DNA of 32,000 nt from assembly GCF_029504745.1 (NCBI RefSeq), contig NZ_JAQFIQ010000029.1:1-32000 (forward strand), in the 5' to 3' direction. This document shows positions 9,514 to 18,597 of this stretch, one piece after another. The position numbers and the translations under genes are program-made. Below the pieces are notes generated by a model. That model worked only from the letters and a program-made list of their open reading frames with translations. It was not told the DNA's origin and made no database searches. The stretch comes from Breznakia sp. PF5-3 (GTDB taxonomy: Bacteria; Bacillota_I; Bacilli_A; Erysipelotrichales; Erysipelotrichaceae). Every line of letters begins with the position of its first letter. The first letter of the stretch is position 1.

Positions 9514-10827
9514 ATGTTTTCCACATTTGCTGACATGTTCAAGAATAAGGATATCCGCAAGAAAATTCTATTTACTTTAGCGATGTTATTTGTGTTCCGT
9601 TTCGGTGCACAAATTCCTGTCCCTAATGTAGATATTTCAACTGGAGTAGAAAGCAATAACTTAGTTTCAATGATGAACTTACTTGGTGGTGGAGCAATGG
9701 ATAAATTATCTATTTTTGCACTAGGAGTTGGTCCTTATATTACAGCATCGATTATTATTCAATTATTGTCGATGGATGTAATTCCACATTTGACAGAACT
9801 TGCAAAGAGTGGTCAAACAGGTAGAAAACAACTTGACAAGTATACAAGGTATTTAGGTGTTGTATTATGTTTTGTGCAAGCGTACACAACAACATTAGTG
9901 TTAACAAACTCTGATGGAAGTAGTATTCTTATTAATCAAAACTTATCTGGATTCTTATATGTAGCAACGATCTTTACAGCAGGAACAATGTTCTTGTTAT
10001 GGATCGCTGATCGAATTTCAATGCATGGTATTGGAAATGGTGTATCAATCATCATTTTCGCAGGTATCGTAGCAGATATGCCATTCCAATTTAGTGAAGC
10101 ATTTAGATCATTAACTGCGGGAGCTAGTGGTAGTGCATTCTTTAATGGTATATTAACATTCAGTGGATTTATATTTATTTATTTATTAATTATTGTATTG
10201 GTTATATTCATCCAAACGGCGGTACGTAAAATTCCAATTCAATATACTTCAAGTACAGTGCAAAATAAAAACAAAGATATGACTTATTTGCCATTGAAAA
10301 TTAACTCTGCAAGTGTTATTCCAGTAATCTTTGCATCAGCAGTTATGATTGCACCAGTAACAATTGTTCAATTATTGATCAATAACAGTGTAATTAAGGC
10401 GTCTGGTTGGACAAGTACAATGAGTGAATTGTTAGGTATGCAATCAGTACCATCCCTTTGTATTTATGCAGTACTAATATTCTTGTTTACTTTCTTCTAT
10501 ACGAAGTTAACAGTAGATCCAGAAAAGATCTCTGAAAATTTAAGTAAATCAGGAACATACATTCCAGGGATTCGTCCAGGAAAAGAAACAAAGGATTATA
10601 TTAATAAAGTGTTGTCTCGTATTACCGTATTAGGAGCATTATCATTAGTGTTTATTGCACTATTACCAAATGTTGCACCACTATTGATTCCTAGTTTACC
10701 TCAATCAATTCGATTGGGTGGAACAGGGTTAATCATTGTTGTTGGGGTAGCGATGGAAACAGTTGCACAACTAAAAGGACAGATGACAGCGAAGTCTTAC
10801 CGTGGTTTTATGGGGGTTAAAAGATAA
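9514..10827 (+). CDS. secY: Preprotein translocase subunit SecY
   Basis: 437 aa, about 10 TM segments; LGGGAMDKLSIFALGVGPYITASII motif; conserved position after rplO. Confidence 0.97.
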   Translation: MFSTFADMFKNKDIRKKILFTLAMLFVFRFGAQIPVPNVDISTGVESNNLVSMMNLLGGGAMDKLSIFALGVGPYITASIIIQLLSMDVIPHLTELAKSGQTGRKQLDKYTRYLGVVLCFVQAYTTTLVLTNSDGSSILINQNLSGFLYVATIFTAGTMFLLWIADRISMHGIGNGVSIIIFAGIVADMPFQFSEAFRSLTAGASGSAFFNGILTFSGFIFIYLLIIVLVIFIQTAVRKIPIQYTSSTVQNKNKDMTYLPLKINSASVIPVIFASAVMIAPVTIVQLLINNSVIKASGWTSTMSELLGMQSVPSLCIYAVLIFLFTFFYTKLTVDPEKISENLSKSGTYIPGIRPGKETKDYINKVLSRITVLGALSLVFIALLPNVAPLLIPSLPQSIRLGGTGLIIVVGVAMETVAQLKGQMTAKSYRGFMGVKR

Positions 10828-10830
10828 ACG

Positions 10831-11475
10831 ATGAACATTTTGATTATGGGGGGACCTGGTGCTGGAAAAGGTACAATGTCCTTAAAAATCGTTGAAAAGT
10901 TTAACGTTTTACATATATCGACGGGTGATATTTTCAGAAGTGAAATTGGAAAACAAACAGCTTTGGGAATGGAAGCCAAGAAATATATGGATCAAGGTCT
11001 ATTAGTTCCGGATGAGGTTACGAACCCAATGGTAAAAAGCTTTATTGAAAAGCAAGATATAAAGAATGGGTATTTACTAGATGGATACCCAAGAACATTA
11101 GCACAAGCAAAAGCATTTGATGAATTAGTAAAAGGTACAGATATGGAAATCGATAAGGTTCTTACATTAGAGATTCCCTTTGAAAAATTAGCTGTTCGTA
11201 TTACAGGACGCCGTCTATGTAAAGGATGTGATGCAATCTATCATATAGATAATCATCCATCAAAAGAAGAAGGTATTTGTGATATTTGTGGAAGCGAATT
11301 GTATCAACGTGATGATGACACGGTAGAAAGTCTATCGGTTCGTTTAGAAGAGTATTCAAAAAATGCTGATCCAATTCTTGATTACTATGGTGATAGAGTT
11401 GTAGTAATTAATGCAGATCAAAGTGCTGATGAAGTTTGGCAGGATATTCAAAATGCTTTAGGAGGTAACGCATGA
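10831..11475 (+). CDS. adk: Adenylate kinase (zinc-lid type)
   Basis: GGPGAGKGT P-loop; lid with CKGC...CDIC four-Cys site; synteny. Confidence 0.96.
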   Translation: MNILIMGGPGAGKGTMSLKIVEKFNVLHISTGDIFRSEIGKQTALGMEAKKYMDQGLLVPDEVTNPMVKSFIEKQDIKNGYLLDGYPRTLAQAKAFDELVKGTDMEIDKVLTLEIPFEKLAVRITGRRLCKGCDAIYHIDNHPSKEEGICDICGSELYQRDDDTVESLSVRLEEYSKNADPILDYYGDRVVVINADQSADEVWQDIQNALGGNA

Positions 11476-12239
11476 TTACATGTAAATCTGCTAGAGAAAT
11501 TGAATTGATGAAAAAAGCTGGGGAAATCGTTGCACTTGCACATGTTGCAGCGAAGAAAGCTATCAAGCCAGGATTAAATACAATCGAATTAGATAAAATT
11601 TGTGAAGATGTAATTCTGGCCAATGATGCCACACCTTCGTTTAAAGGGTTATATGGTTTCCCTAATGCTTGTTGTATATCTGTGAATAACGTGTTAGTTC
11701 ATGGTATTCCTAATAAGAAAACGATCCTTAAAGAAGGAGATATCGTTTCTGTTGATATTGGAGCTTGTTATAAAGGATATCACGGTGATTCAGCTTGGAC
11801 ATATCCAGTTGGAAAAATAAGTGAAGAAACGCAAAAATTATTGGACGTAACGGAACAATCGTTATATGAGGGATTAAAACTAGCGAAAGCTGGAAATCGT
11901 TTAACTGATATTTCTCATGCGATTGAAACACATGTCCATAAGTATAATTTCTCAATTCCAAAAGACTATACAGGTCATGGAATAGGGACAAGTGTACATG
12001 AAGATCCAACCGTACCTAATTTTGGTAAACCTGGCTTAGGTGTATTACTGAAAAAGGGAATGACTTTGGCAATTGAACCAATGGTTCATGCAGGAAGACC
12101 ACAAACAAAAGTTTTAGATGATGATTGGACTGTGGTAACTGCAGATGGTTCATTGGCAGCGCATTTCGAACATACGGTTGTCATTGACGAAGATAAGTGT
12201 GAAATATTGACAAAATTACATAATAATGTGGAGGAATAA
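11472..12239 (+). CDS. map: Type I methionine aminopeptidase
   Basis: 255 aa; ATGA overlap with adk; VHGIP, D..GA..GYHGD, HGIG and EP metal-ligand motifs. Confidence 0.95.
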   Translation: MITCKSAREIELMKKAGEIVALAHVAAKKAIKPGLNTIELDKICEDVILANDATPSFKGLYGFPNACCISVNNVLVHGIPNKKTILKEGDIVSVDIGACYKGYHGDSAWTYPVGKISEETQKLLDVTEQSLYEGLKLAKAGNRLTDISHAIETHVHKYNFSIPKDYTGHGIGTSVHEDPTVPNFGKPGLGVLLKKGMTLAIEPMVHAGRPQTKVLDDDWTVVTADGSLAAHFEHTVVIDEDKCEILTKLHNNVEE

Positions 12240-12241
12240 GA

Positions 12242-12460
12242 ATGGCTAAACAAGACGTTATTGAAATTGATGGCATTGTAGAAGATACACTTCCAAATGC
12301 AATGTTTAAAGTGAAATTGGAAAACGGGCACGAAATAATGGCTCACGTTTCTGGTAAAATCCGTATGCATTACATTCGCATTTTACCAGGCGATCGTGTT
12401 ACCGTTGAAATTTCACCGTATGATTTAACACGTGGGCGTATAACATTCCGTCATAAGTAA
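12242..12460 (+). CDS. infA: Translation initiation factor IF-1
   Basis: 72 aa; [10 protein letters not shown]...[21 protein letters not shown] motif. Confidence 0.97.
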   Translation: MAKQDVIEIDGIVEDTLPNAMFKVKLENGHEIMAHVSGKIRMHYIRILPGDRVTVEISPYDLTRGRITFRHK

Positions 12461-12479
12461 CGGATAGGAGGATTTTATT

Positions 12480-12593
12480 ATGAAAGTAAGACCATCAGTA
12501 AAGCCGATTTGTGACAAATGTCGCATAATCAAGAGAAAAGGTCGTGTTATGGTGATTTGCGAAAATCCTAAACACAAACAAAGACAAGGATAA
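12480..12593 (+). CDS. rpmJ: 50S ribosomal protein L36 (zinc-binding form)
   Basis: Not in the ORF track. Hand translation gives [37 protein letters not shown] (37 aa) with a C-x2-C...C-x4-H pattern; AGGAGG SD upstream; canonical infA-rpmJ-rpsM order. Confidence 0.93.
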   Translation: MKVRPSVKPICDKCRIIKRKGRVMVICENPKHKQRQG

Positions 12594-12607
12594 GAGAGGT
12601 AAGAAAT

Positions 12608-12973
12608 ATGGCTCGTATTGCAGGAGTAGACATTCCACGCGATAAGCGTGTAGTTGTTTCATTAACATATGTATACGGAATCGGACGCACTACAGCAAGC
12701 AAAGTATTAGCTGCAGCTGGTGTAGATGAAAACATCCGTGTAAAAGATTTAAGTGAAGAACAACTGAATAAGATTCGTAAAGAAGTCGATTCAGTTAAAG
12801 TAGAAGGGGATTTGCGTCGTGAAGTTCAATTAAACGTTAAACGTTTGATGGAAATTGCATCATACCGTGGAATCCGTCATAGAAGAGGTTTGCCTGTTCG
12901 TGGACAACGTACGAAAACAAATGCTCGTACGCGTAAAGGTCCTGTTCGTACAGTTGCAAACAAAAAGAAATAA
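12608..12973 (+). CDS. rpsM: 30S ribosomal protein S13
   Basis: 121 aa; [16 protein letters not shown] start. Confidence 0.97.
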   Translation: MARIAGVDIPRDKRVVVSLTYVYGIGRTTASKVLAAAGVDENIRVKDLSEEQLNKIRKEVDSVKVEGDLRREVQLNVKRLMEIASYRGIRHRRGLPVRGQRTKTNARTRKGPVRTVANKKK

Positions 12974-12991
12974 GCAAGGAGGTAGATGAAA

Positions 12992-13387
12992 ATGGCAAAA
13001 GTAAAAAAAGGTGCTTCTCGTAAGCGTCGTATAAAGAAGAATATTGCAAAAGGTTGTGCTCACATTCATTCTACATTTAACAATACAATTGTTACAATTA
13101 GTGATGAAGGTGGAAACGCTGTTGCTTGGTCAAGTGCTGGAGCTTTAGGGTTTAAAGGTTCTCGTAAATCTACACCTTATGCAGCTCAAATGGCTGGAGA
13201 AGCAGCTGGTAAGGCTGCAATGGAACATGGTATGAAAACTGTATCTGTAAATGTCAAAGGACCAGGTCCTGGGCGTGAAGCAGCAGTTAGAGCATTGCAA
13301 GTAGCAGGATTAGAAATTACATTGATTAACGATGTAACACCTATTCCTCATAATGGATGTCGTCCACCGAAACGACCACGTGGATAA
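12992..13387 (+). CDS. rpsK: 30S ribosomal protein S11
   Basis: [16 protein letters not shown] and [12 protein letters not shown] motifs. ATG 12992 is 9 nt after GGAGG (12978-12982); the track ATG 12986 is only 3 nt away. Confidence 0.95.
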   Translation: MAKVKKGASRKRRIKKNIAKGCAHIHSTFNNTIVTISDEGGNAVAWSSAGALGFKGSRKSTPYAAQMAGEAAGKAAMEHGMKTVSVNVKGPGPGREAAVRALQVAGLEITLINDVTPIPHNGCRPPKRPRG

Positions 13388-13412
13388 TAACCAAAAACAA
13401 TGAGGAGGTAAT

Positions 13413-14378
13413 ATGAAAATGCAAAAATTTGAACGTGCGCAGTTTGAAGTGAAAGAATTTATTGATTCTGAAAATTATGGAAAGTTTGTAATCGAACCTC
13501 TTGAAAGAGGATTTGGTACAACAATTGGAAATGCATTGAGACGTGTATTATTATCTTCCTTACCAGGAGGAGCAGTCTTTTCAATTAAAGTTGATGGAGT
13601 GTTCCACGAATTTACTTCGATTCCTGGAGTGAAAGAAGATGTAACATCAATTATTTTAAACCTTAAGAATTTGATTCTTACGATTGAAGATGATGAAATT
13701 CATACCCTTCATATAGCCAAAAAAGGTTATGGAGAAGTATATGCTTCTGATATCGAATGTCCAGATGGAGTGGAAATCTTAAATAAAGATTTATATATTT
13801 GTACAATTGAAGAAGGACATACTTTGGAAATGGAATTACAAGCAAGAAATGGTAGAGGTTACGTGAGTGCTGATCAAAATAAACACTTATACCAAGGACC
13901 TAATCAACCATTAGGAATTATTTATACAGATTCTATTTATACACCAATTGAGAAAGTATCTTACAATGTAGAGCCAACACGTGTTGGTCAAGATGCTTCT
14001 TATGATAAAGTAGAATTGGAAATCTGGACAAATGGATCAATCACTCCTCAAGAATCTATCGCATTAGGTTCTAAGATCTTGATTGATCACTTAGAATTAT
14101 TAACAAATGTACATGAAGTTGTTAACGATATGGAATCTGTAATGAAAGATGTGCAAGGTGAAGTTGTTAACAAAGGGCTTGTAATGATGATTGAAGATCT
14201 AGACTTATCAGTTCGTTCATATAACTGTTTAAAACGTGCAGGAATTCAAACGGTTGAAGAGCTTACACAAAAAACAGAAGATGAAATGATGAGAGTTAGA
14301 AACTTAGGTAAGAAATCATTAAAAGAAGTAAAAGACAAAATTTATGATTTGGGGCTTAGCTTCAAATCTTATGAATAA
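13413..14378 (+). CDS. rpoA: DNA-directed RNA polymerase alpha subunit
   Basis: 321 aa; GKFVIEPLERGFGTTIGNALRRVLLSSLPG and C-terminal LDLSVRSYNCLKRAGI motifs. Start could alternatively be ATG 13419. Confidence 0.96.
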   Translation: MKMQKFERAQFEVKEFIDSENYGKFVIEPLERGFGTTIGNALRRVLLSSLPGGAVFSIKVDGVFHEFTSIPGVKEDVTSIILNLKNLILTIEDDEIHTLHIAKKGYGEVYASDIECPDGVEILNKDLYICTIEEGHTLEMELQARNGRGYVSADQNKHLYQGPNQPLGIIYTDSIYTPIEKVSYNVEPTRVGQDASYDKVELEIWTNGSITPQESIALGSKILIDHLELLTNVHEVVNDMESVMKDVQGEVVNKGLVMMIEDLDLSVRSYNCLKRAGIQTVEELTQKTEDEMMRVRNLGKKSLKEVKDKIYDLGLSFKSYE

Positions 14379-14402
14379 GATGTAAAGGAGGATTAAGTCT
14401 TT

Positions 14403-14768
14403 ATGAAAAATCGTAAATTAGGACGTACTGCAGATCATCGTAAAGCTATGCTTAGAAATCTAGCTACTTCTGTTATTATTTCTGAAAGCGTTGAAACTAC
14501 GGAAATGAAAGCAAAAGAAGTGAGTTCAGTTGTGGAAAAATTGATCACATTAGCGAAAAGAGGAGATTTACATGCTCGTCGTCAAGCAGCTAGCTATGTT
14601 AGAGATGTTGTAGCAGATGAAGAAACTGGACAAACAGCTCTTCAAAAACTATTTACGGAAATTGGACCTATGTATAAAGACCGTAATGGTGGGTATACAA
14701 GAGTTGTGAAAACAAGAAATCGCCGTGGTGATAATGCTACAATGGCAATTGTTCAATTAGTTAAATAA
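14403..14768 (+). CDS. rplQ: 50S ribosomal protein L17
   Basis: 121 aa; [16 protein letters not shown] and GGYTR motifs; last gene of the alpha operon. Confidence 0.96.
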   Translation: MKNRKLGRTADHRKAMLRNLATSVIISESVETTEMKAKEVSSVVEKLITLAKRGDLHARRQAASYVRDVVADEETGQTALQKLFTEIGPMYKDRNGGYTRVVKTRNRRGDNATMAIVQLVK

Positions 14769-14776
14769 ATATAAAG

Positions 14777-14804
14777 AAAGACATCATTAAGATGTCTTTT
14801 TTTC
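14777..14804 (+). terminator. Rho-independent terminator after rplQ
   Basis: AAAGACATC (14777-14785) / GATGTCTTT (14791-14799), 5-nt loop, followed by a T-run. Confidence 0.8.
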
Positions 14805-14881
14805 GTTTGAATAATTTTTTTATTCTAAACACATGATAATTTTTTAAGAATAGTGTATTCTATTATAGTCAGGAGAATACA

Positions 14882-15715
14882 ATGAATGAAATGATAGAAA
14901 TAATGGAACATGCATTGGAAGATAGTTTGCCAATGCTTCCAGTATTGTTTATAGCGTATTTCATATTAGAAATCTATGAACATCGAAGCAATGAAGATAG
15001 TGAATATGTACTACTTAAAAAATATGGGCCACTTTTTGGGTCTTTTTTAGGAATCATACCGCAGTGTGGTGTAAGTATTGTTGCTGCTACTATGTTCTTA
15101 GATAAGAAGATTACGATAGGAACGTTGATTAGTATTTTTATTGTTACCAGTGATGAAGCAGTTCCAATATTACTTGCCAATCCAGAGTTATATGGAAGTA
15201 TTTTACAATTAATTGTTGTGAAAGTCATTGTGGCAATTGCTGTAGGATATTTTGTTGATGCTGTATTTAAGCAATTTAAAATGTATAATGGGAAGTATAC
15301 AACAAGTAAAAGTCAAAGCTGTGATACGCATGAATCGACATTGGTTGCTGCTTTAAAACATACAGTAAAGATTTTTGGTTTTATCTTATTGGTAAACTTA
15401 TTACTTACTTTTGTTTTGCATGAAGTAGGCGAAGATACATTATCAAAGGTACTACTTACAGATACAGTTTTTCAGCCAGTAATAGCAGCTTTATTTGGAT
15501 TTATTCCAAATTGTGCTGCAAGTGTCGTTTTGACACAATTGTTTGCTTCTGGTATCTTATCATTTGGAGCGTTGAGTGCTGGACTTATTACAAATGCAGG
15601 ATTGGGATTATTAATCTTATTGAGATATCGGATTGATAAAAAGTATTTCTTATTTATTATTTCAGTTTTATTTGTCGCAGCTATTCTAACAGGTAGTGTA
15701 CTAAGTTTCTTTTAG
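14882..15715 (+). CDS. Polytopic membrane permease, ArsP_2-like family (annotated elsewhere as arsenic efflux or putative manganese transporter)
   Basis: 277 aa, highly hydrophobic. Two internal repeats each carry an IP-x-C-x-x-S motif (IIPQCGVS with Cys codon 15065-15067; FIPNCAAS with Cys codon 15512-15514). Family assignment is from memory of this motif. Confidence 0.55.
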   Translation: MNEMIEIMEHALEDSLPMLPVLFIAYFILEIYEHRSNEDSEYVLLKKYGPLFGSFLGIIPQCGVSIVAATMFLDKKITIGTLISIFIVTSDEAVPILLANPELYGSILQLIVVKVIVAIAVGYFVDAVFKQFKMYNGKYTTSKSQSCDTHESTLVAALKHTVKIFGFILLVNLLLTFVLHEVGEDTLSKVLLTDTVFQPVIAALFGFIPNCAASVVLTQLFASGILSFGALSAGLITNAGLGLLILLRYRIDKKYFLFIISVLFVAAILTGSVLSFF

Positions 15716-15748
15716 TAAGAAAGGAATTTGATACAAAGTGGAGGATTT

Positions 15749-16912
15749 ATGAAAAAATTAGGGATCATATTTGGGATACTCTGTTTATTGGTTGGTTGCG
15801 GAGAAGAGAAAAAGCAAGAACCAATTGTAAAAGAGGAACCTAAAGATACAGTAGTAAGTTTTGTTGGTGTAGGAGATAATCTGATTCATGGCTCGATTTA
15901 TCGCGAAGCTGATGGTTTTGCAGGTGAGATGAATGATGAAGAGTATGATTTTAAGCCAATGTATAAACAAGTTAAAAAAGATATTAAAAAGGCAGATATT
16001 TCTTTTATCAACCAGGAAACGATTCTTGGTGGTGATGAATTAGGGCTATCAGGATATCCTGCTTTTAATTCGCCTACATCGATTGCTGAAGATTTAAATG
16101 ATACAGGTTTCAATTTATATAATTTAGCGAGTAATCATTCTTTGGATCGAAGTAGTGATGGAATTATAAACGCTTTACAAGCGTTTGATAAGCTGGAAGG
16201 CATTACATATAGTGGAATATCTGATAGTGAGGAAAGGGCTTCACAAATTGCTGTATTTGAACGAGAGGGGATAACTTTTTCGTTTCTTTCTTATACATAT
16301 GGGACAAATGGTATCGAACCAATGAATGCGTATGAAGTTTCATATTTTGATGAAGAAAAAATTAAGAATGATGTAGCAAAAGCAAAAACAATAAGTGATG
16401 TTGTGATTGTATCTGCTCACTGGGGAGATGAGAATACATTTGAACCTAATGACATGCAGAAAAAATATGCACAATTATTTGCTGATCTAGATGTCGATGT
16501 TGTTATTGGAACACATCCCCATGTCATTCAACCAATTGAATGGTTAGAGGGTACAAATGGAAATCAAACACTAGTTGTATATTCCCTGGGAAATTTTCTT
16601 GGTGGGATGCTGGGGGTAGACAATATTCTATCAGGAATGATAAGTTTTGATTTTATTAAAGATGTGAAAACAGAGGATATTCGCATTGAAAATGTGAAGT
16701 GGACACCATTGGTTATTCACTTTGAGGGAAATCAAAATAATATTGTTGATGATCGTTACAACTATGCAGTATATAAACTAGAGGATTATTCAGATAAATT
16801 AGCAAAAAAACATGTGCTTAACGGTTATGAAGGGCAACGTGTAGACCAATTATTGTTGGTAGAGAAAACAAAACAAGTTATTAATAAGTCATTTTACACT
16901 GAGGATAAGTAA
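15749..16912 (+). CDS. CapA/PGA_cap-family metallophosphatase-like lipoprotein
   Basis: MKKLGIIFGILCLLVGCG is a classical lipoprotein signal with lipobox, so ATG 15749 is preferred over TTG 15728. GVGDNLIH, SAHWG.E and GTHPHV motifs are typical of the CapA family. Confidence 0.75.
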   Translation: MKKLGIIFGILCLLVGCGEEKKQEPIVKEEPKDTVVSFVGVGDNLIHGSIYREADGFAGEMNDEEYDFKPMYKQVKKDIKKADISFINQETILGGDELGLSGYPAFNSPTSIAEDLNDTGFNLYNLASNHSLDRSSDGIINALQAFDKLEGITYSGISDSEERASQIAVFEREGITFSFLSYTYGTNGIEPMNAYEVSYFDEEKIKNDVAKAKTISDVVIVSAHWGDENTFEPNDMQKKYAQLFADLDVDVVIGTHPHVIQPIEWLEGTNGNQTLVVYSLGNFLGGMLGVDNILSGMISFDFIKDVKTEDIRIENVKWTPLVIHFEGNQNNIVDDRYNYAVYKLEDYSDKLAKKHVLNGYEGQRVDQLLLVEKTKQVINKSFYTEDK

Positions 16913-17494
16913 ATGGAAAATACAATTAAACAGATGGAACAATATGCAAAGAAAAATAATATACCAATCATGGAGCATGAAGGAATAGAATTTTTAGCCA
17001 CATATATTAAAAATCATGAAGTGAAAACCATTTTAGAACTTGGAAGTGCGATTGGTTATTCTGCAATTCAAATGGCTAGGATTAACAAAGATATTCATGT
17101 GGTTACAGTAGAACGTGATGAAAAGCGATATCAAGAAGCATTAAAAAATTTAAAAACTACAAAACTGGAAGAGCAAGTTGATATTTATCTTGCAGATGCA
17201 CTAACCTTTTCTACGGATCAAAAATATGATTTGATTTTTATTGATGCAGCGAAAGCACAATATATTAAATTTTTTGAACGTTATAAGAAGAACTTGAAGG
17301 ATGATGGTGTAATCATTAGTGATAATTTAAAATTTCATGGAATGGTGGATACACAGGAACGAATTAAAAATCGCAATACTAGACAGTTAGTGAATAAAAT
17401 TAAAAAGTATATATATTTTTTAGAAGATAATGATGAATTTTCAACAAGCTTCTATGATATCGGTGATGGAATTGCAATTAGCAAACGTAAATAA
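16913..17494 (+). CDS. SAM-dependent class I O-methyltransferase (family 3, YrrM/TrmR-like)
   Basis: 193 aa; ILELGSAIGYS SAM-binding motif I, DLIFIDAAK and ISDN motifs as in catechol-O-methyltransferase-like enzymes. Confidence 0.7.
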   Translation: MENTIKQMEQYAKKNNIPIMEHEGIEFLATYIKNHEVKTILELGSAIGYSAIQMARINKDIHVVTVERDEKRYQEALKNLKTTKLEEQVDIYLADALTFSTDQKYDLIFIDAAKAQYIKFFERYKKNLKDDGVIISDNLKFHGMVDTQERIKNRNTRQLVNKIKKYIYFLEDNDEFSTSFYDIGDGIAISKRK

Positions 17495-17537
17495 TTTTTA
17501 ATTGAAATAGTTTGATTAGTAAAATATATTTGTTTTA

Positions 17538-17546
17538 TGATATAAT
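17538..17546 (+). promoter_or_regulatory. Extended -10 promoter element (TGaTATAAT)
   Basis: TG-a-TATAAT at 17538-17546, 30 nt upstream of ATG 17576; no good -35. Confidence 0.35.
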
Positions 17547-17575
17547 AATTCTAGACATGTAGTGGAGGATAATCT

Positions 17576-18100
17576 ATGAAAAAAACATTAGGATTATTGG
17601 CCGTTGTTGGAGCAGCAGCTGCAGTAGTGGCATACAAGATGAAAAAAGATGAAGTTAAGAAAGACATCAAACAGCTTGATGAGGATAATGGAGAAAGAAT
17701 TTTACGTACAGTTGAAGAACAAGGATTTGAACCTATTGATTATGATAGTAAGCCAGAACCCTTTTCAGCTAAGACGTTTCCTCATTTAGAAGAAAAGGAC
17801 ATTATTGAAATTACCAAAGCAAGTGAAGAAGAATTTAAAAAACTAGGCGATGTGGATGTAAATGAAGAGCGTCCAATTCAACACAATGTTAAATTTAAAA
17901 AAGAAATTGATTTAGAAGAATTTAAAAATATTGTGATTGGTGAAGGATATGTAGTAACAAATGGAGAAGGTGAAAACGAACTTCTAATATTACATATATC
18001 AAAAATGGATCAAGATGATATTTCTTCAAAAGTATTCTATTTAGCGGACTTGGCAAAAGCTCATGATGGTGAATACAACGGATGGATATGTAAACAATAA
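17576..18100 (+). CDS. Membrane-anchored protein with RraB-like (ribonuclease E inhibitor RraB family) C-terminal domain
   Basis: N-terminal TM (LGLLAVVGAAAAVVAY), acidic linker, and C-terminal domain ending ..LAKAHDGEYNGW, reminiscent of the G-x-YDGW end of the RraB family. GGAGG SD upstream. Confidence 0.45.
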   Translation: MKKTLGLLAVVGAAAAVVAYKMKKDEVKKDIKQLDEDNGERILRTVEEQGFEPIDYDSKPEPFSAKTFPHLEEKDIIEITKASEEEFKKLGDVDVNEERPIQHNVKFKKEIDLEEFKNIVIGEGYVVTNGEGENELLILHISKMDQDDISSKVFYLADLAKAHDGEYNGWICKQ

Positions 18101-18126
18101 AACGAAGATTTATCTTCGTTTTATTC
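18100..18126 (+). terminator. Rho-independent terminator
   Basis: AACGAAGA / TCTTCGTT stem (18101-18120) followed by TTTTATTCTTTTT. Confidence 0.7.
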
Positions 18127-18141
18127 TTTTTGGAGGTATGT

Positions 18142-18537
18142 ATGAAATTTATAAAGTTGGGTTTATCGTTCATTGCGTTAGGTTGCTTTATGATGGTTTG
18201 CATTCTTGTTTTGGATTTGAAAAATGAATATATGATAATGAGTTCTTTAGCTTTTGTTTTGCTGGGTGGATTTATTATCAGTGCTAAAGATTTTCGAAAA
18301 AATAAATGTATAAGTAAAAAATTGGGAGCTTTCATAGTATTTCTATTATCCTTTTCCTTGTTTTGGACAATACTATATGTATTTGCAAAAAGTGGAGGAT
18401 ATTTAATATCAGAAAATATAGATTTTATTTTATTGCTATTGAATAGTGGAGTGATGGGAGGAAGTCTCTTTATTGTGTTACGTGAATCTAAAAAAGCACG
18501 TCAATTTTTTGTATCACTTTTGGATGTTTTCTTTTAG
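18142..18537 (+). CDS. Small hypothetical membrane protein (about 4 TM)
   Basis: Hydrophobic 131-aa ORF. ATG 18142 follows GGAGG (18132-18136); the track TTG 18130 precedes the SD. Confidence 0.5.
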   Translation: MKFIKLGLSFIALGCFMMVCILVLDLKNEYMIMSSLAFVLLGGFIISAKDFRKNKCISKKLGAFIVFLLSFSLFWTILYVFAKSGGYLISENIDFILLLLNSGVMGGSLFIVLRESKKARQFFVSLLDVFF

Positions 18538-18597
18538 CCATATTCATTGTGTCTTGACACAAAAAATAGTATAATAAGAACAATTTGAGGTAAGCTG

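Noticed and set aside
13388-13412. Absence of rpsD (S4) between rpsK and rpoA.
   Set aside because: This is normal for Bacillota, where rpsD is encoded elsewhere. It is not an anomaly.
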